Shown: positions 12,911-26,473 of the stretch, piece after piece
Layout of the letters: each line of letters begins with the position of its first letter
Numbering within the stretch: position 1 is the stretch's first letter
Origin: Azolla caroliniana
Taxonomy: Eukaryota > Plantae > Polypodiophyta
Reading direction: 5' to 3'
Assembly: GCA_043228905.1 (NCBI GenBank)
Contig: JBHGNT010000014.1
Coordinates: 1 to 64,000, forward strand
DNA: 64,000 bases
The notes under the pieces: generated by a model
Told to the model about the DNA's origin: nothing
The model's database searches: none
What the model saw: the letters and a program-made list of their open reading frames with translations, nothing else
Position numbers and translations under genes: made by a program

Positions 12911-15289
12911 AGCATTCATGCAGTGGAACTATGTGCATGCATGTTTGGTGGTAAGCATGTTAAAAATAATTCGATATCTAATACAACCTGATATTCGACT
13001 GACACAATATTGGTTTGAGCGACAACTACAACAATTGCAAGCAGAGATGAAGAGGAGGTTTGGATGTCAATGACCATACTACACCAGGAGGACTCCCATA
13101 AAGTAGTTTTGAATCCCTCGCTAGTTAAATGCACCATAATAGCCTCTATATAGAACATGTAGGAAATGTATTCCCCATGGCCTTTGGGCAAGTTGTAGCC
13201 TCTAGGGGATTTGAGCCTTCGGGTTCATAACAAATAAAAGCATCTCTTCCATGGAGAAAACAATTGTTAGTAATTATGTTGATAAACTTGTGAGTAGTTG
13301 TGTCAATAACTAGAGATGGAATGAGATCTTTCAGATAAGTTTTGTCTCCAAATCTTATGAACCAACTCGTGACTAGTTGTGTCAATAACTATAGATGGAA
13401 TGAAATCTTCCATCTACCTTCAGGTGAGTACTAATAACTATCATTAGAGTAAACCATGGGAAAAAAACTAATGACATGCAATGACCATAAAAAATGCTAA
13501 TTGTGCAATGGTGCCTAGATGCCTTTGTGGTAATGTCAAATTGTTGAGGTTGTCTACCTTCTAGGACTTGCATTGAAGTATTTTGCATGCCTGTTTTATA
13601 ATCGATTTCGATTCCATCAACATGAATGATGGCATGCATATGGTACCATGGATTCATGTTCAATAGTTAGAAGTTACTATAAACCATACATACCATACAT
13701 GCATTCACGTTCGAGTATGTTTCAATCATTTGAGTATGGTAAACACCCTCGAAGCATGTTAAATACCATACTTTTGTATTCATTATTAATGAATAAGGTA
13801 AAAAGAATTCAAGGCCATATGTGAAGATCATAAATATCAACAACTTTGTCTAATGCGTGGCTGGAACCCCCAATCCATATAGAATAGGGATAAATGCCAA
13901 CAGTAGTGATTGTACTTGTAATCCAATAATTTTAATCACTATGACAGAAAAATTAAGGCAAAGCTAGAATGCATAACATAGTGTGGCACACCCATAATTA
14001 CATAAAAGGGCAATAATTATTTCAATATTTTTTGTTTCTCTCCGTGAAAAGGATAGCTTCATGAGAAAGGCATCTATAGTGGAGAACATGACAAACTTGC
14101 AGTAACACTTTGCTAAAGTCCCAATATATGCCAACCAAATTTTAACTAAACAAAAGAGAAGAAAACATTGTTCTTAAGAGGGAGAAGAGGGTGGATTGGT
14201 GGAGAGGCATGGTGAGGGAAAGTGGTGGAGAGGGAGAAGTGGGCGGATTAGTGGAAAGGGTGAAGGGGAGGAATTAGTGAAGCAAAGGTGAACGTGAAGT
14301 TGTGAACTGAAGGTGGTGGGGCAAAGGAGGTGCGAAGGTGAAAGCGTGCGTCGACCTCTATGATAATCAAATTGCTCAGCCCTATTACCTAGTAAGAGTA
14401 CGTGAAAATAAAACTAAAAATAAAAAAAACATAACAATGTTTTGATAACATTCACATTCATTTACAAACAAATGAAAAAGAATGTTTTCCCTGAAGAATG
14501 TGAATATTACGTACTATGGATGGGTTGATGGTTTATTCCAACAAATAATATTTCTATTCTTTGTGCATCATTCAATCAAGGACGAGACCATCTCTTACAT
14601 TTCTAGTTTGTTGCATCCATACTTCTTTTTCCAACAAGCATGAACAACTAGAACCCTTCCTGTTTTCCTCCAAGTGTGGATGATTATATCATGCATGTCC
14701 ATATGGAAAAGATGATTACATTATTCAAAGATAGAAATGACGGAGTCACCTACTGAGGTGGAAGCAACAAAGAACTCACCTATGGATATGATGAAGATGC
14801 ATTAGAGACGGGCAAGCGAAAGGAAATCAAGAAATGCAATAGGGGACCAAATGCGATGAAGTTAGTTTTCCTATTGTGTGCATGCTTTTTGACATTATAC
14901 TTCTTTTTGTTCTAAATTCAAGGCATGCACTTCGGATAGGTCTGCATTTGTGGTCCCAGGTCAAAGTGCAGACCTAAATAAGGGCAACTATAGTAAGTCC
15001 TAGTCCATCTAGGCTACAAGGATCCAGGTTTGTTATGGAATTATATCCCCCCTATTTCTTTATTGATATAACATTATTGATAAAATACATGTAGAGGAAA
15101 TGCTATTGGTTGTAATTTGGCAATTAAATGGACACAATGCAATTGCAGTGTTGCTATAATATTACAACAGCTTAACATGAAATTGTGCAGTTTTATTGTA
15201 GTTATTTGTAGTTTCTACAATTCATATGTTTGCTACTCTTCACCACATATGTTCTGTGTTTAAGCAGCATCTACACATAAACCTAACAC

Positions 15290-15760
15290 TATCACCAATG
15301 TCCAAGCTGCCCATAAACCGCTAAAAAATTGTATAAGCAGCCTGCAAAATACTGCAGGAAAATGTAAATACAGCTTGCAAAACAAACTGCAACATACATA
15401 CATTCACAGCAAGTATGCTATAATCATCACACCCTGCAGAAAACTGCAGCAGCTTGTAATAAAACTACAGCATGTACACCCATTTACTGCAACATATACA
15501 TCTAATGCAAATTCAGCCTGCAAAATAACTGCAACATATACAACTATCTTCAGCATTATCAAACTTATACGAAAAGTGGATAATCAGCTTGCAGAAAAGT
15601 GCAGCCTGTACACATATAAAGCTAACACTGTCAGCAATCTCTAACCTGCTCAAAAACTGCAAACAAACAGTATAATCAACCTGCAAAAAACTGCAACATG
15701 TACACCAATTTACAGCAATATCAACACAGCGATATATACAACCATAGTCAAAAAACCCAT
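15290..15760. repeat. Degenerate CA-rich minisatellite (CAGCCTGCAAAA / ACTGCAACATATAC motifs)
   Basis: CTGCA/ACTGCAACAT motifs repeat at irregular spacing. Confidence 0.55.
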
Positions 15761-16308
15761 AACATATTTATGAAATAGATGGGCTGTTGCCAACACCATA
15801 AAGCTAGAAGGAATGAACGTGGGATGTACCCGAAAAGTGTCTCCAACATGCGAACAACGTTGGAGAATTATTTTACAAACAGAATATATTAATGCCCATA
15901 ATTTTTCTATGAATATGTTTGTGATTCAAACTTACATGATAATTAGATTTGAAATAAACATCTGGGGCAACCAGCACTACAATTGTTGACACAAGATAAC
16001 AAATGAATGAATATACGAGCATTGTAAAGCCTCACCAAACACTGCATTGCATGTAAATTGGGTTACCAGTTGAGCCGAATGAATCCTAAAGGATATGATT
16101 AAACCAATCAACGCACAATGGGCGCGAATTCCAACAATGTACGACATAATATCAATGTATAGAGTAGGTAGGTAGTATGTTACTGATCAGATATATATAT
16201 ACAGTAGGAAGATCACGTATATCCGGCAAATGGACCAGATACGTCATCATTGTCCTAGGCGGCTCTAAAATTGCTGCTGCACATACGTGTGAGATATGAA
16301 GGTGGGGT

Positions 16309-18015
16309 TTATGGGGTAGACCAAATATCTGGGACACGGACCAAGTGGAGACGACGACTCGGTTGTGGTCCAAGAGCAGCAGCAACAACAGCACATGGAC
16401 GATTAGGGCGAAGAGGACCTTGGAGTGGCATCAATGGAGATTCAACATCGTGCTGCAACACCTCCTTCTCCTCATGATCATGCCATCGGACATCGTATTC
16501 CAACAGCGGCCACATGCAGCAACATGTTGGCCCACAGTGCAAATGCGACAGATCTCCATAAGCATGAGCTGTCAACCACGATGATCTCCCCACGTCGTAG
16601 ATGACCAACCAGCTCCAGAGCCCATACCTAACCACGGCCATGAACAGTGTAGCGTCAGACCAGATGATCCACGTCGTCATCCTCAGAGTGTCATTGGCAA
16701 CTTCGCGGCTGTACGCATTACGATCATACCGGTCTTTGATGTCGGACCATGGCCGTTGGGGACGTAACTGGACCATGGACACGAGTTGAAACACAGTGCA
16801 GCTCTCTTCCAGCTGCCACAGGCACATTACACCCGCGTTTCCATCCACCACAACTAGCCTGCAATACTCATCCTTGGCATTATTAGCACACAGTAGAACA
16901 GAATTGATCCTGTACCCACTCGTCGCATGAAGTCGCTGACCGAAACAAATGCCTTCTTGGCTGCTTCCATTTTCCACTGCAGCACTATCGCCACTATGAT
17001 CCTGCAGTGTGGTGGTAATTTCATCCCAGCTATTGTCGCAGAAATCGTATGCCAATATCCCCACCTCGTCTATCCTCGATCCCTGCACCCTTAATTCCTT
17101 GACACTATTCACATAATTGTAGCCAACAACGACAACAGAACCATCCGAGATGCCACTGCAGAAGTGATCACGGGGCATGGGATGGCGACTTATGCGTTGC
17201 CAGGAGGACACGCGGGAGTCGTAGAGATGCGTGAATACCTGGTGGCTCTGCAGGCAGATTTCAAGGAAAAACAGGATGTACGTCTGCTGAAGCAGATCGT
17301 GACGGAGGAAGCGCACAGAGTAAGCCCAGGGAGCCCAAGTCATAGACGTCATGTATCTACCGCCAGGGAAAGGCGGGAGCAGCTTCCACTTCCTGGTTCT
17401 ATGGTTTCCCACCAGGATCCTGCCTTTCCCTAGCCAAGAACGGCAGACAAGACCGTGTGACGATGCCAGTTCCTGGGTGTCTTTCAGGGGGACTTTGAGG
17501 GGGATCGATGATGTCTCCCGATTCGAAGAATCTGATTCGATATCCAATTCGGGCGTTCCTTCACAATGGCGATGTGGCTCCTTATAAGCCCATCTCAGCC
17601 CAGGAGGAATGAGGCAACGGCGATGTGTCACAGCAGCCCATCTCAGCTCAGGAGGCTCACAGCTACCGCTCCCCATCCATTGCTCGATATCTGTACACGA
17701 ACCACCAACGTACCACAGATGCCTGAACTCTGGAGAACTCAGCAGTGAGTTCCAGCTCCTGCACACGCATCTAACTCTTGCCACATCTCTGGCGGGAAGG
17801 CGACGGAATATCTCTGACACCACAACACCCTCCGGCAGCCTCCTCCATATTTCTTCTCCACGTATGACGTCCGAGATCATCTCGGACATCGATATAATAC
17901 AATCCGGTAGCCTGCTTCTGATGATTTCTGCCACTGCTCTGCTGCCGCTTCTGACAGAGTCTACGATGCTCCACAGGAAATGGGGGGAGTGGACCACCAT
18001 ATTCAGTTGCTCCAT
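16309..18015 (-). CDS. Intronless F-box protein (N-terminal F-box; C-terminal F-box-associated/kelch-like beta-propeller region), 568 aa; the true start may be a downstream Met
   Basis: The ORF is uninterrupted and GC-richer than its flanks. F-box motif: IWRRLPEGVVVSEIFRRLPARDVARVRCVCRSWNSLLSSPEF. Typical plant FBX downstream motifs follow: LASSHGLVC, ILVGNHRTRKWKLLPP, LYDSRVSSW, VIYDVGRSSW. Confidence 0.92.
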   Translation of the reverse strand: MEQLNMVVHSPHFLWSIVDSVRSGSRAVAEIIRSRLPDCIISMSEMISDVIRGEEIWRRLPEGVVVSEIFRRLPARDVARVRCVCRSWNSLLSSPEFRHLWYVGGSCTDIEQWMGSGSCEPPELRWAAVTHRRCLIPPGLRWAYKEPHRHCEGTPELDIESDSSNRETSSIPLKVPLKDTQELASSHGLVCRSWLGKGRILVGNHRTRKWKLLPPFPGGRYMTSMTWAPWAYSVRFLRHDLLQQTYILFFLEICLQSHQVFTHLYDSRVSSWQRISRHPMPRDHFCSGISDGSVVVVGYNYVNSVKELRVQGSRIDEVGILAYDFCDNSWDEITTTLQDHSGDSAAVENGSSQEGICFGQRLHATSGYRINSVLLCANNAKDEYCRLVVVDGNAGVMCLWQLEESCTVFQLVSMVQLRPQRPWSDIKDRYDRNAYSREVANDTLRMTTWIIWSDATLFMAVVRYGLWSWLVIYDVGRSSWLTAHAYGDLSHLHCGPTCCCMWPLLEYDVRWHDHEEKEVLQHDVESPLMPLQGPLRPNRPCAVVAAALGPQPSRRLHLVRVPDIWSTP

Positions 18016-18779
18016 ACAATGAATCCAATCGAATCAAGTCCAACAATTGGTCGGACGAACTGCATAAATCCAATCACCTGTATAAATTAACGACCCCTTT
18101 TCATGCACCCAATATATGACCATCTCTCTTTTTTTTCCTGAAAAGATTCATCAATGAGTTATCAAGAGAATGCCTGAAGGGTATAAGAAAGCACCCGAGA
18201 AATACAACGAACAAGAAAGAACACTCAGGTGACAAAAACATATTAAGGTGTACAGGACTCACAAAATTAGAGCCAGCCTAGTCCGCCCACTAACAATAAA
18301 CAATAGAAAGCACAACAACCACAAAAGAATCAAGATACAACAGAGAATAACAACCATTGAGATGAAGAAACAAAACGCCTGAAGGTTTCAAAAATAGATG
18401 TAAAACCCTAAATCAGACAACAATGGATGAAAGCACTACCTATACCTCAACACTTCACCATGATCTAAAATAACTTCACAAACAACACCAACTAATCGTG
18501 AAGAAGATGTCCAGAACACCATGGCCATAGAAAGCACAATTCTCATTAATTGCATGTGTTCTCAGTGAATCACCAATTGGTACAACTCTACATGCAAAGG
18601 AAGCCACTACGATGCCGAAATTTTCCTCGGTAGCATCTTACATCACAACTTCCTCGTGAAGGATTTAAGAAAACCCTCTAAAAACTTAAATTAATTCTAG
18701 AAGTGCAAGGAAGTTGACTGTGGAGAATTATTTAATCCTTGTCAATTTTATGAAACATTTAATCCTCTCCGTAAACCCA

Positions 18780-21700
18780 GCAGCAAACAAACTATGCTGT
18801 GATGGCTGGCCTAGAAAACAAAGGGCCGATGTTTGTTATGAGACACCGGGCGAATAGCATGATAACAAGTGTTTCCCAACCTGACGATGTATGGTTCGTG
18901 GACTCAGGTGCCTCAAATCACATGACAAGTCATCAAGAATGGTTCATGGATTTGAGGGAACCCGAGAGACCCAGCATGGTGGAGACCGGTGATGACTCCA
19001 CACACATGATTGAGCACATTGGAGATGTGGCCCTTAACAATCATGACAACAAGGGCTACATGAACGATGTACTGCATGTCCCAACAATCACAAAGAGTTT
19101 GGTCTCGGTTGGCCAAATTGTCGAACAAGGAATGCAAGTACGATTCAACTAGGAAGGTTGCTTCATCGAGGATAAGGGCCAACTTATCGCTCATGCAAGA
19201 AGAGAAGGTTGCATGTTTATTCTTGATGCGACTAAGGTGAACACAGCAATGTATGCAAAGGGACTCAACACTGAGTCTGATATTGAGTTGTGGCACAAAA
19301 GGGTTGGCCATGTAAACCTCGGTAAACTCCGATCAATGCAAACAAAAGGGGCTGTGCACGGATTGCCACGATTTACTTCAAAACATCCTGAAAATGTATG
19401 TGAGGCGTGCCAACAAGGCAAGCGGCATAGGCCTCCATTCCTAAGCGAAAGGAACGTGAGTAAAGGCTTGTTGGACGTCATCGACTCAGATGTATGGGGC
19501 CCATCTCGAACAACGACAATCGGTGGGTGTAGGTACTTCCTTACGTTCATTGATGACTATTCGCGGCATACTTGGATATGCCCGATGAAGTCGAAAAGTG
19601 AGGTCTTCTCCCACTTTCTCAAGTTAAAGAATCGCATGGAAAATGAGACGAAACGCAAGATTCGATGCTTACGGTCTGATGGTGGCCAAGAATACTTCTC
19701 AACCGAGTTCAAGGCCTTTGTAGAAGAGAAGGGGATTCGTTAGGAATTCTCTTGCCGACTACACACCACAGCAAAACGGTGTTGCTGAGCAAAAGAATCG
19801 CACAATTCTTGAGATGGCCCGTGCCATGCTGCATGAGAAGAACATGCCCAAGATCTATTGGGCAGAGGCAGCAGTTACGGCTGTGTATCTCATCAATAGG
19901 TGCACGACCGAGGGTGTCAATGACATCACCCCTCACGAGAAGTATTTTGGGACAAAGCCAGACCTTTCACACTTGAAGGTTTTTGGCAACATTCCATTTG
20001 TGCATGTACCCGATGAGAAGCGGTGAAAGCTTGACCCAAAATCAGAGAAGATGATCTTTGTCAGTTACTCACTTGAGCAAAAGGATTATAAGTGTTTTAA
20101 CCCTATCACTCAAAAGACCCGGGTAAGCCGAGATGTGGTATTTGATGAGGTGACATCGTGGTATGGCCCAACCTTAATGAGCCCCGCCATGCTCAAAACA
20201 AGCAGATCTGGAGCAGATTCTGAGAGTGAAGAAGAAGAGATGCTGACGACCATTATGGGTGGAGAACCAGCAGAGAGTCTGCCCGCACTCCAGTCGACTG
20301 GACCTGAGGTGTCATCCAGCAATCAGAGTCTTGCACAGCATGAAGAAACCTCTGATGTGGTGTCACCTTGGTGCTACATCCGTAGAAAGAAAAAAAAAGG
20401 GCAAGATGCCTGAGCAAGAGGCCAAAGACATGACATCTGGTGAAGACCACGATCATTCACCTCGATCGGTCGACAGCAAGTATGAAATGAAGAAGGCCCC
20501 GGAGGTGACCAAAGGAAAACTCCGTCAATCGAACCGACAAAAGAACCCGATAGTTAGGTTTGGGTACAATGAGTACATGGCCCACCACTATACATTCATG
20601 ATGAAGGTCGCGGCAGACCAAGAACCCGAGACTTACAAAGAAGCTGCCCAAGATCCCCGGTGGATCGAGGCAATGAGGGAGGAGATGTGCGCGTTGTTTG
20701 ACAACAATACTTGGGATTTAGTCCCATTCTCTGAAATAAAGAAAAAGCCAATTGGTTCCCGCTGGGTGTTCAAGATAAAGCATAATGCGGATGGCACGAT
20801 CAATCGGTTCAAGGCTCGGCTAGTCGCCAAAGGGTATGCTCAAACCCATGGCATAGACTATGAGGAAACATTTGCCCCGGTGGCAAAAATGACCACTGTG
20901 AGGAAGGTAATTGCACTCGCAGCAGCGAAAGGGTGGCATTTGCATCAAATGGATGTAAAGAACGCATTCCTCCAAGGTGAGCTCGAGGAGGAAGTTTACA
21001 TGATGCAACAACCTAGCTTCGAATCAAACAAACATCCACATGCAGTTTGCCGATTGAAGAAGACGTTCTATGGACTGAAGCAAGCCCCAAGAGCATGGCA
21101 TTCGAAGATCACATCATATCTTCACGACATTGGCTTCCGGATGTCAAAATCTGATAACTCGTTGTATGTTCAGAACAATCCCAAAAGCCCCATCTTTGTA
21201 ATCTGTATGTCGATGACCTTGTCATCGGTGAAGAAAGCCTCACCAAGATACAAAAGATTAAAAAGCTGCTTTTACAGAAGTTCGAGATGAAGGATCTGAA
21301 TGATTTACATTATTTTCTCGGCATCGAGGTCATTCAAACTCCAGAAGGGTTCCTACTCTCACGACGACACTATGTGTTGAACTTGCTCTACAAGTTCGGA
21401 ATGACCGAGTGTAAGTCCATCTCAACATCCCTTGATCGAAATCTGAAGCTAATTGCAGATTCTGGAAAATTCTGCGAGCCGACACAGTATTGCCAAATAA
21501 TTGGGAGTTTTATCTACTTAACTATCACCCGACCAGACATCAGCTATCCTGTCGGGGTTCTTAGCCAGTTCATGGAAACCCCCCGCGACACTCACATGGA
21601 TTGTGCTAAGCGAGTGTTACATTATATTAGTGGAACACTTAATTATGGTATAATCTATAAGCGTGGAGCACCACTTCGTCTCGAAGGCTTCACGGATGCT

Positions 21701-22718
21701 AATTGGGCGGGCAATGCATCTGATAGGCGATCCACTCCGGGATTTATGTTTTCACTCGGTAGTGGAGCAATCTCTTGGAGCAGCAAGAAACAACCAACAG
21801 TCGCTCTATCGAGCACTGAGGCGGAGTATAGGGCCGCAGCTCAAAAGACAGCTGAAAGACAGCTGAAAGACAGCTGAAAGACTTCAACGAATTGGTGACC
21901 AAGCCAATACTGATCCACTGCGATAATCTCAGCAACATCCAGCTCACAAAGATTCCGGTGTTTCACGCCCGAACCAAGCACATAGAGATGCACTATCATT
22001 ACATCCATGGGCGCATATTGGCCGGTGACATTGACCTCCAATACGTTGGCCGGTGACATTGACTTTCCAAAGCCCGGAATTTTTGAAGTTACAGATAAAC
22101 CCGACCCTATAGGCATGCTTGACAAGCTCGAAGTTTTGGATCGGCAAGATCGACATTGCTAGATCAAGATCGAGTACATAGGAACAATGGGAAAACCACG
22201 GTCTAGTAGTCCAACCAACTGCAATCATGTCTTCAACTACACCAACACAACCAAGCTTAAGAGGACACACAATGGACCTTGAGGGGGCGTGTTGAGAATC
22301 AAGCTCAACTTGTGTGAACATGTGCTTATGAAGAAAAGGACGATGTGTGAAAAAGTGTGTGAGCACACTTTATTGTAATCCATGTAGTTGTCGAGTGTTG
22401 ATATGGTCAAAAAATATTGGATATTCTTATGACAAAATCGTACTCAAGTGGATATCTTGGTTAGATTCCACCAACATATTTAATAGGGCAGTCCCTTGAG
22501 GACTTGTATATAAAACCCCCTTTGCACATTCTTTTTAGTTGATGATCTTTAGTTAATTTTTACAGCTCTCTTAAGTGCATAAGCTGTCATCCCCCTACTG
22601 TGTGTCTTCTTATTTTCTGGTTATTCTCTCTAATTCCTTCTCTTGCTTATATACTCACTCTCTCTCACACACACTACGCTTCTGAATACTCAACTCTACT
22701 AGAGTTAGATTCTTTACA
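18780..22718 (+). mobile_element. pol: 5'-truncated Ty1/copia element (protease, GAG-pre-integrase, integrase, RT, RNase H, PPT, 3' LTR)
   Basis: Motifs in copia order: WFVDSGASNHM, LWHKRVGH..CEACQQGK, DVWGP..IDDYSR..RSDGGQEY, KARLVAKGY, HQMDVKNAFL and DANWAG..SWSSKKQ..EAEY. Stops and frameshifts are present. The PPT GAGGGGGCG lies at 22281-22289. Confidence 0.95.
22290..22718 (+). repeat. 3' LTR of the copia element
   Basis: It begins TGTTGAGAATC directly after the PPT and ends GATTCTTTACA, an imperfect terminal inverted repeat. A TATA-like TATATAAAA lies at ~22507. An alternative end at 22732 (TTCAACA) is possible. Confidence 0.75.
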
Positions 22719-22807
22719 ATGAGTATTCAACAAAACGCCCAAAGGCTACAAGACATCACCCAAGAAATACAACGAACATGAAAGAACACTCGGATGACAA
22801 AAACAAA

Positions 22808-24282
22808 CGAAGTTCTTTGGGAGATAGGTTACAACCCTTCCCGTGGTTTTTGTCTGATGAGGACAAATCTCCTGTTAGAGATGCCATTATGCATTTTAGA
22901 ATGCCAATAGAGCGTATGCATTCCTTAAGTGATGTATTTACGGGGAAGAATGAGCTCAATGGTTTGAAGACCCATGATTGGCATAAGATGTTAGCATTTA
23001 TACTACCCATTTGCATGTCTCCTTTCGAAGAATGCGCTCAATGGTTTGAAGACCCATGATTGGCATAAGATGTTAGCATTTATACTACCCGTTTGCATGT
23101 CTCCTTTCGATGTCCATCATGGAGGCCACATGGTGTCCACCATGTCTTCAATGGATAACATGGAGGCTATGTAGTGTCCACCGAAGACATGTTGGACACC
23201 ATGGAGGCGACATGGTTTTCACCACATGTAGCCTCCATGGTAAACACAATTGACATAGCGGACACCGTGTAGCTTCCATGGTGTCCTTGGTGGACACCAT
23301 GGAGGCTCCACGAAAGACATGGTGGAAGCAATGTAGCCTCCATGGTTTCTACCAAAGACATGGTGGACACCATTTAGCCTCCATGGTGGACACCATGTCT
23401 TCGGTGGACACTACATAGCCTCCATGGATGGTGTCCACAACTATTGACTTTGGTGGACACCATGGAGGCTACATGGTATGCATCATGTCTTCGGTGGACA
23501 CGATGAAGCCTCCATGGTGTCCACCGAAGACATGGTGGACACCATGTAGCCTTCATGGTAGACACTAAAATAAGAGATGGTGGCCACCACATGTAGCCTC
23601 CATGATGTCTACCAAAGACATGGTGAACAACATGTAGCATCCATGGTGGACAACATGTAGCCTCTATGGTGTTCACCAAAGACAAGGTAACATCATGTAG
23701 CCTTCATGGTGTCCACCATAAATATGGTGGACACCAAGCAAGAAGACTATGTGGTGTCCAACAAAGACTTGGTGGACACCATGTAGCCTCCACGGTGTCC
23801 ACCAAAGAAAATAGTTGTGGACACCATGCATGAAGGCTATGTTGTGTCCACCGAAGACATAATGTCCACCATGGACGTTACACGGTATCACAAAGGATAC
23901 ATGGTGTCCACCACATTGTTGTAGTGTTGGACACCATATTGTAGCCATAGTCTTTCACTCAAAGCTCGACTTTGTAGGTATTATAGCTCCTTGAAAGACT
24001 TTCTCAAGGAGGTATCGTTTGTGCAAATCGGAGTTATAAGGAAAAAGTTATAGCTGAAATACCAAAGATATAGCACAAATTGTCACTAAATAGCGACAAT
24101 TTGTGAAATTGTTGCTAATTATTGACAATACGAGTAATCATCACTAAGTAACAACAATATGTCATAACACTTTTTAGTGATAATACGACTAATCATCGCT
24201 AAATAGCGATAATTTGTGACAAATTGTCAACACTTAGTGACAATTTTCCTTTTGTCGCTAGAATGAAGAAAACTTGGTAGTG
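22808..24282 (+). mobile_element. CACTA (En/Spm) element 3' part: transposase fragment, subterminal repeat arrays and terminal TAGTG
   Basis: LNGLKTHDWHKML resembles the TnpD GLKSHDCH motif. GGTGGACACCATGGAGGC repeats are dense in both orientations at 23110-23950. GTCACTAA/TAGCGAC repeats occupy 24080-24260. The element ends AACTTGGTAGTG at 24282 (reverse complement CACTAC). Confidence 0.88.
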
Positions 24283-24930
24283 GAAGGATTGCGTGTAGCA
24301 AGTGGGCAAGAGAGGGAATTCAGGACAGATGACTACAACACTATTGGAGGAATCTTTGGAAAAGCAAAATTGCAAAAAAGTTTATGGGCTTTCTATCGAA
24401 ATGCTCCAACGAAGCTTTCCCAGTAGAATCGTGAATGGCTAAAAGGACGATACAAGGCATGTGCAAGTGGTGCACAGATATGGAAACATTAGCACAATAT
24501 GTCTGGGACTGTTTGCATGCCCAAAACATATGGGAGAGGGTACTCTGTATCCTGATAGCCTGCAAACTTGAGGGAGTCTTCTCCTTTGATTAATCGTATT
24601 GGTGGTCATTACAACAAGAGGCATGGTGATGTGGTGGATCATAGAATGCAATTATAATGAAGGGACTGTAACTAGAAAGGCAGCCAACTGGTAGTATTAT
24701 CATTCAAGGATCCAATAGGCTTAGCGATATATGGTTGGTAATAGCATTGATCACACTATGGAATATATGGGAGTGCAGGTACAACAAAGTTATGGAAAAT
24801 GAAGACCTGGATGTAGCGGCTCTACTATCGGTGATCACACTATGGAATATATGGGAGTGCAGGTACAACAAAGTTATGGAAAATGAAGACCTGGATGTAG
24901 CGGCTCTACTATCGGTGATATGGAATTCCT
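24283..24930 (+). mobile_element. L1-like LINE C-terminal (zf-RVT-like) remnant with a perfect 84-bp tandem duplication
   Basis: Remnant motifs LWKSKIAKK and ITLWNIWECRYNKV. The duplication spans 24748-24919. Confidence 0.65.
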
Positions 24931-25245
24931 TGTCACTAACTCTACATGTTTAGATTATTCTCTCCGTTCCTGAACTTTCAGTTATTATAGAAATTTTTAG
25001 ATTTACCCAAAACTTTTAACCAGTCCCAACTTTTCACTCGAACCTTTGATTTGGGATCTCTGAAGTGCTATGAGTTCCTTGATTCTAGATCCAGCTGATG
25101 GGTGGTGTTTTCTTCATTTAGACACTATTTCGACATCGTGAAACATCAACCTCATTGCAGCATATGTAAGGAATAGGGTCGAAGCGCAGCAGTGGAACGT
25201 TCCTTGGCATGCCATGATCACATATGTCAAGATCTCCTCCCTTAA
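24931..25245 (-). repeat. Dispersed repeat, diverged inverted copy of 34945-35262
   Basis: For example, CTCTACATGTTTAGATTAT matches ATAATCTAAACATGTAGAG, and TCAAGATCTCCTCCCTT matches AAGGGAGGAGATCTTGA, as reverse complements. Confidence 0.85.
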
Positions 25246-26473
25246 CACATTTCAATCAATCTTCCGCCAACCCAACCTTTAGGCATTTACTCAACACTGA
25301 CCCCCAGAACTAACCAAGGATTCAACAATTGAGACGACATTGGGGATGTCTGACTCTTGATGCTCACATGTAAACAATCACACTGAAACCCAGAACAATC
25401 AACGGATTCAACACTTGAGATGTCTGACTCTTGATGTAGGAATTAACCATCGAAATTCATATTAGGATCCTGTCGGAACTATTTCTTATCCATGATGTTT
25501 TCCACATTACCTCTTTCGACATGCATAAGGCTTCTCCTGCAATCCTTGTAGCTTTTATGCATAGTCCTATAGGATCACACAGTGTGCAACATTAAAATTC
25601 CCTAAATGCAGATGGGGCTGGCACGCCACTAGGCATAATGAGATAACCAACATACTCCACTCCAAAGTGACACTATCCGGATAAGATGCCAGGCCCCTTT
25701 AGCCACGGCTGCAACCTGAATGCAGGATTCCAAGAATTACTCTTCAGCTTCGTATGATTATTTACTCGCAAGATGGCTGGAGCAATACCACAAGGACAAT
25801 CATGACACAAACTTACCGACTCATCAGAGAAATCAACAAGATGCTCATCCTTAGTTATAGGAGTCCTCTCTAGAATCATCTCTTCAAACATTTTCAGAGA
25901 GCATAGGATGCCAGAAAATGCCAACACTTGCCGAAATTTTACTATAAATAAAATGAAAGATGCCAAGGAAGGTAAAAATCAGGGAGTCAAAAACCCAAGA
26001 TGCGCATTAAACATCTGAAGATCCAACTTACCATTTGAAAGTGAACAATGAAGTAGGCCAGACTTTGGGTTCATTTCAGACATTGGATATATCAGGGAGA
26101 ATATATATATGCTACGAACACAACCATGCATCCTTTGGTAGGTGCTAGAAACAATGATACAGGATACGAGAGGAATGAGACGTACCGACTTCCAACTTTG
26201 GTTGCTCTGTTCGGTGATCTGACACGTCTCCATCGCTTGCTCCATCTTTATCTCCTCGATTGCGGACTCGTTCATCGACCGCTAATGTCATGGCTGCTGC
26301 TCGTCAATCGCCGTTTCGTTGGCTTCTCTGCGTTTTCCACAACAGCCGCAGTCGCCGTAATGCTCGTTGTAGATTCTTCGCTTTCATTGTAAACCCTAAA
26401 AACTTCGTCTTTCAGATTGGCAGTCCACAAACGATTTGACCATCTAACTTAACACTTCGATTATCTATAAATA

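Noticed and set aside
12916-13663. Run of short minus-strand ORFs
   Set aside because: No recognisable domain is present, so no call can be supported.
16271-18073. Short ORFs overlapping the F-box gene
   Set aside because: They are shadow frames of a GC-rich coding sequence.
18403-18412. Isolated AAACCCTAA motifs (also 26391, 56882, ~57932) as interstitial telomeres
   Set aside because: They are single units, consistent with telo-boxes or chance rather than fusion scars.
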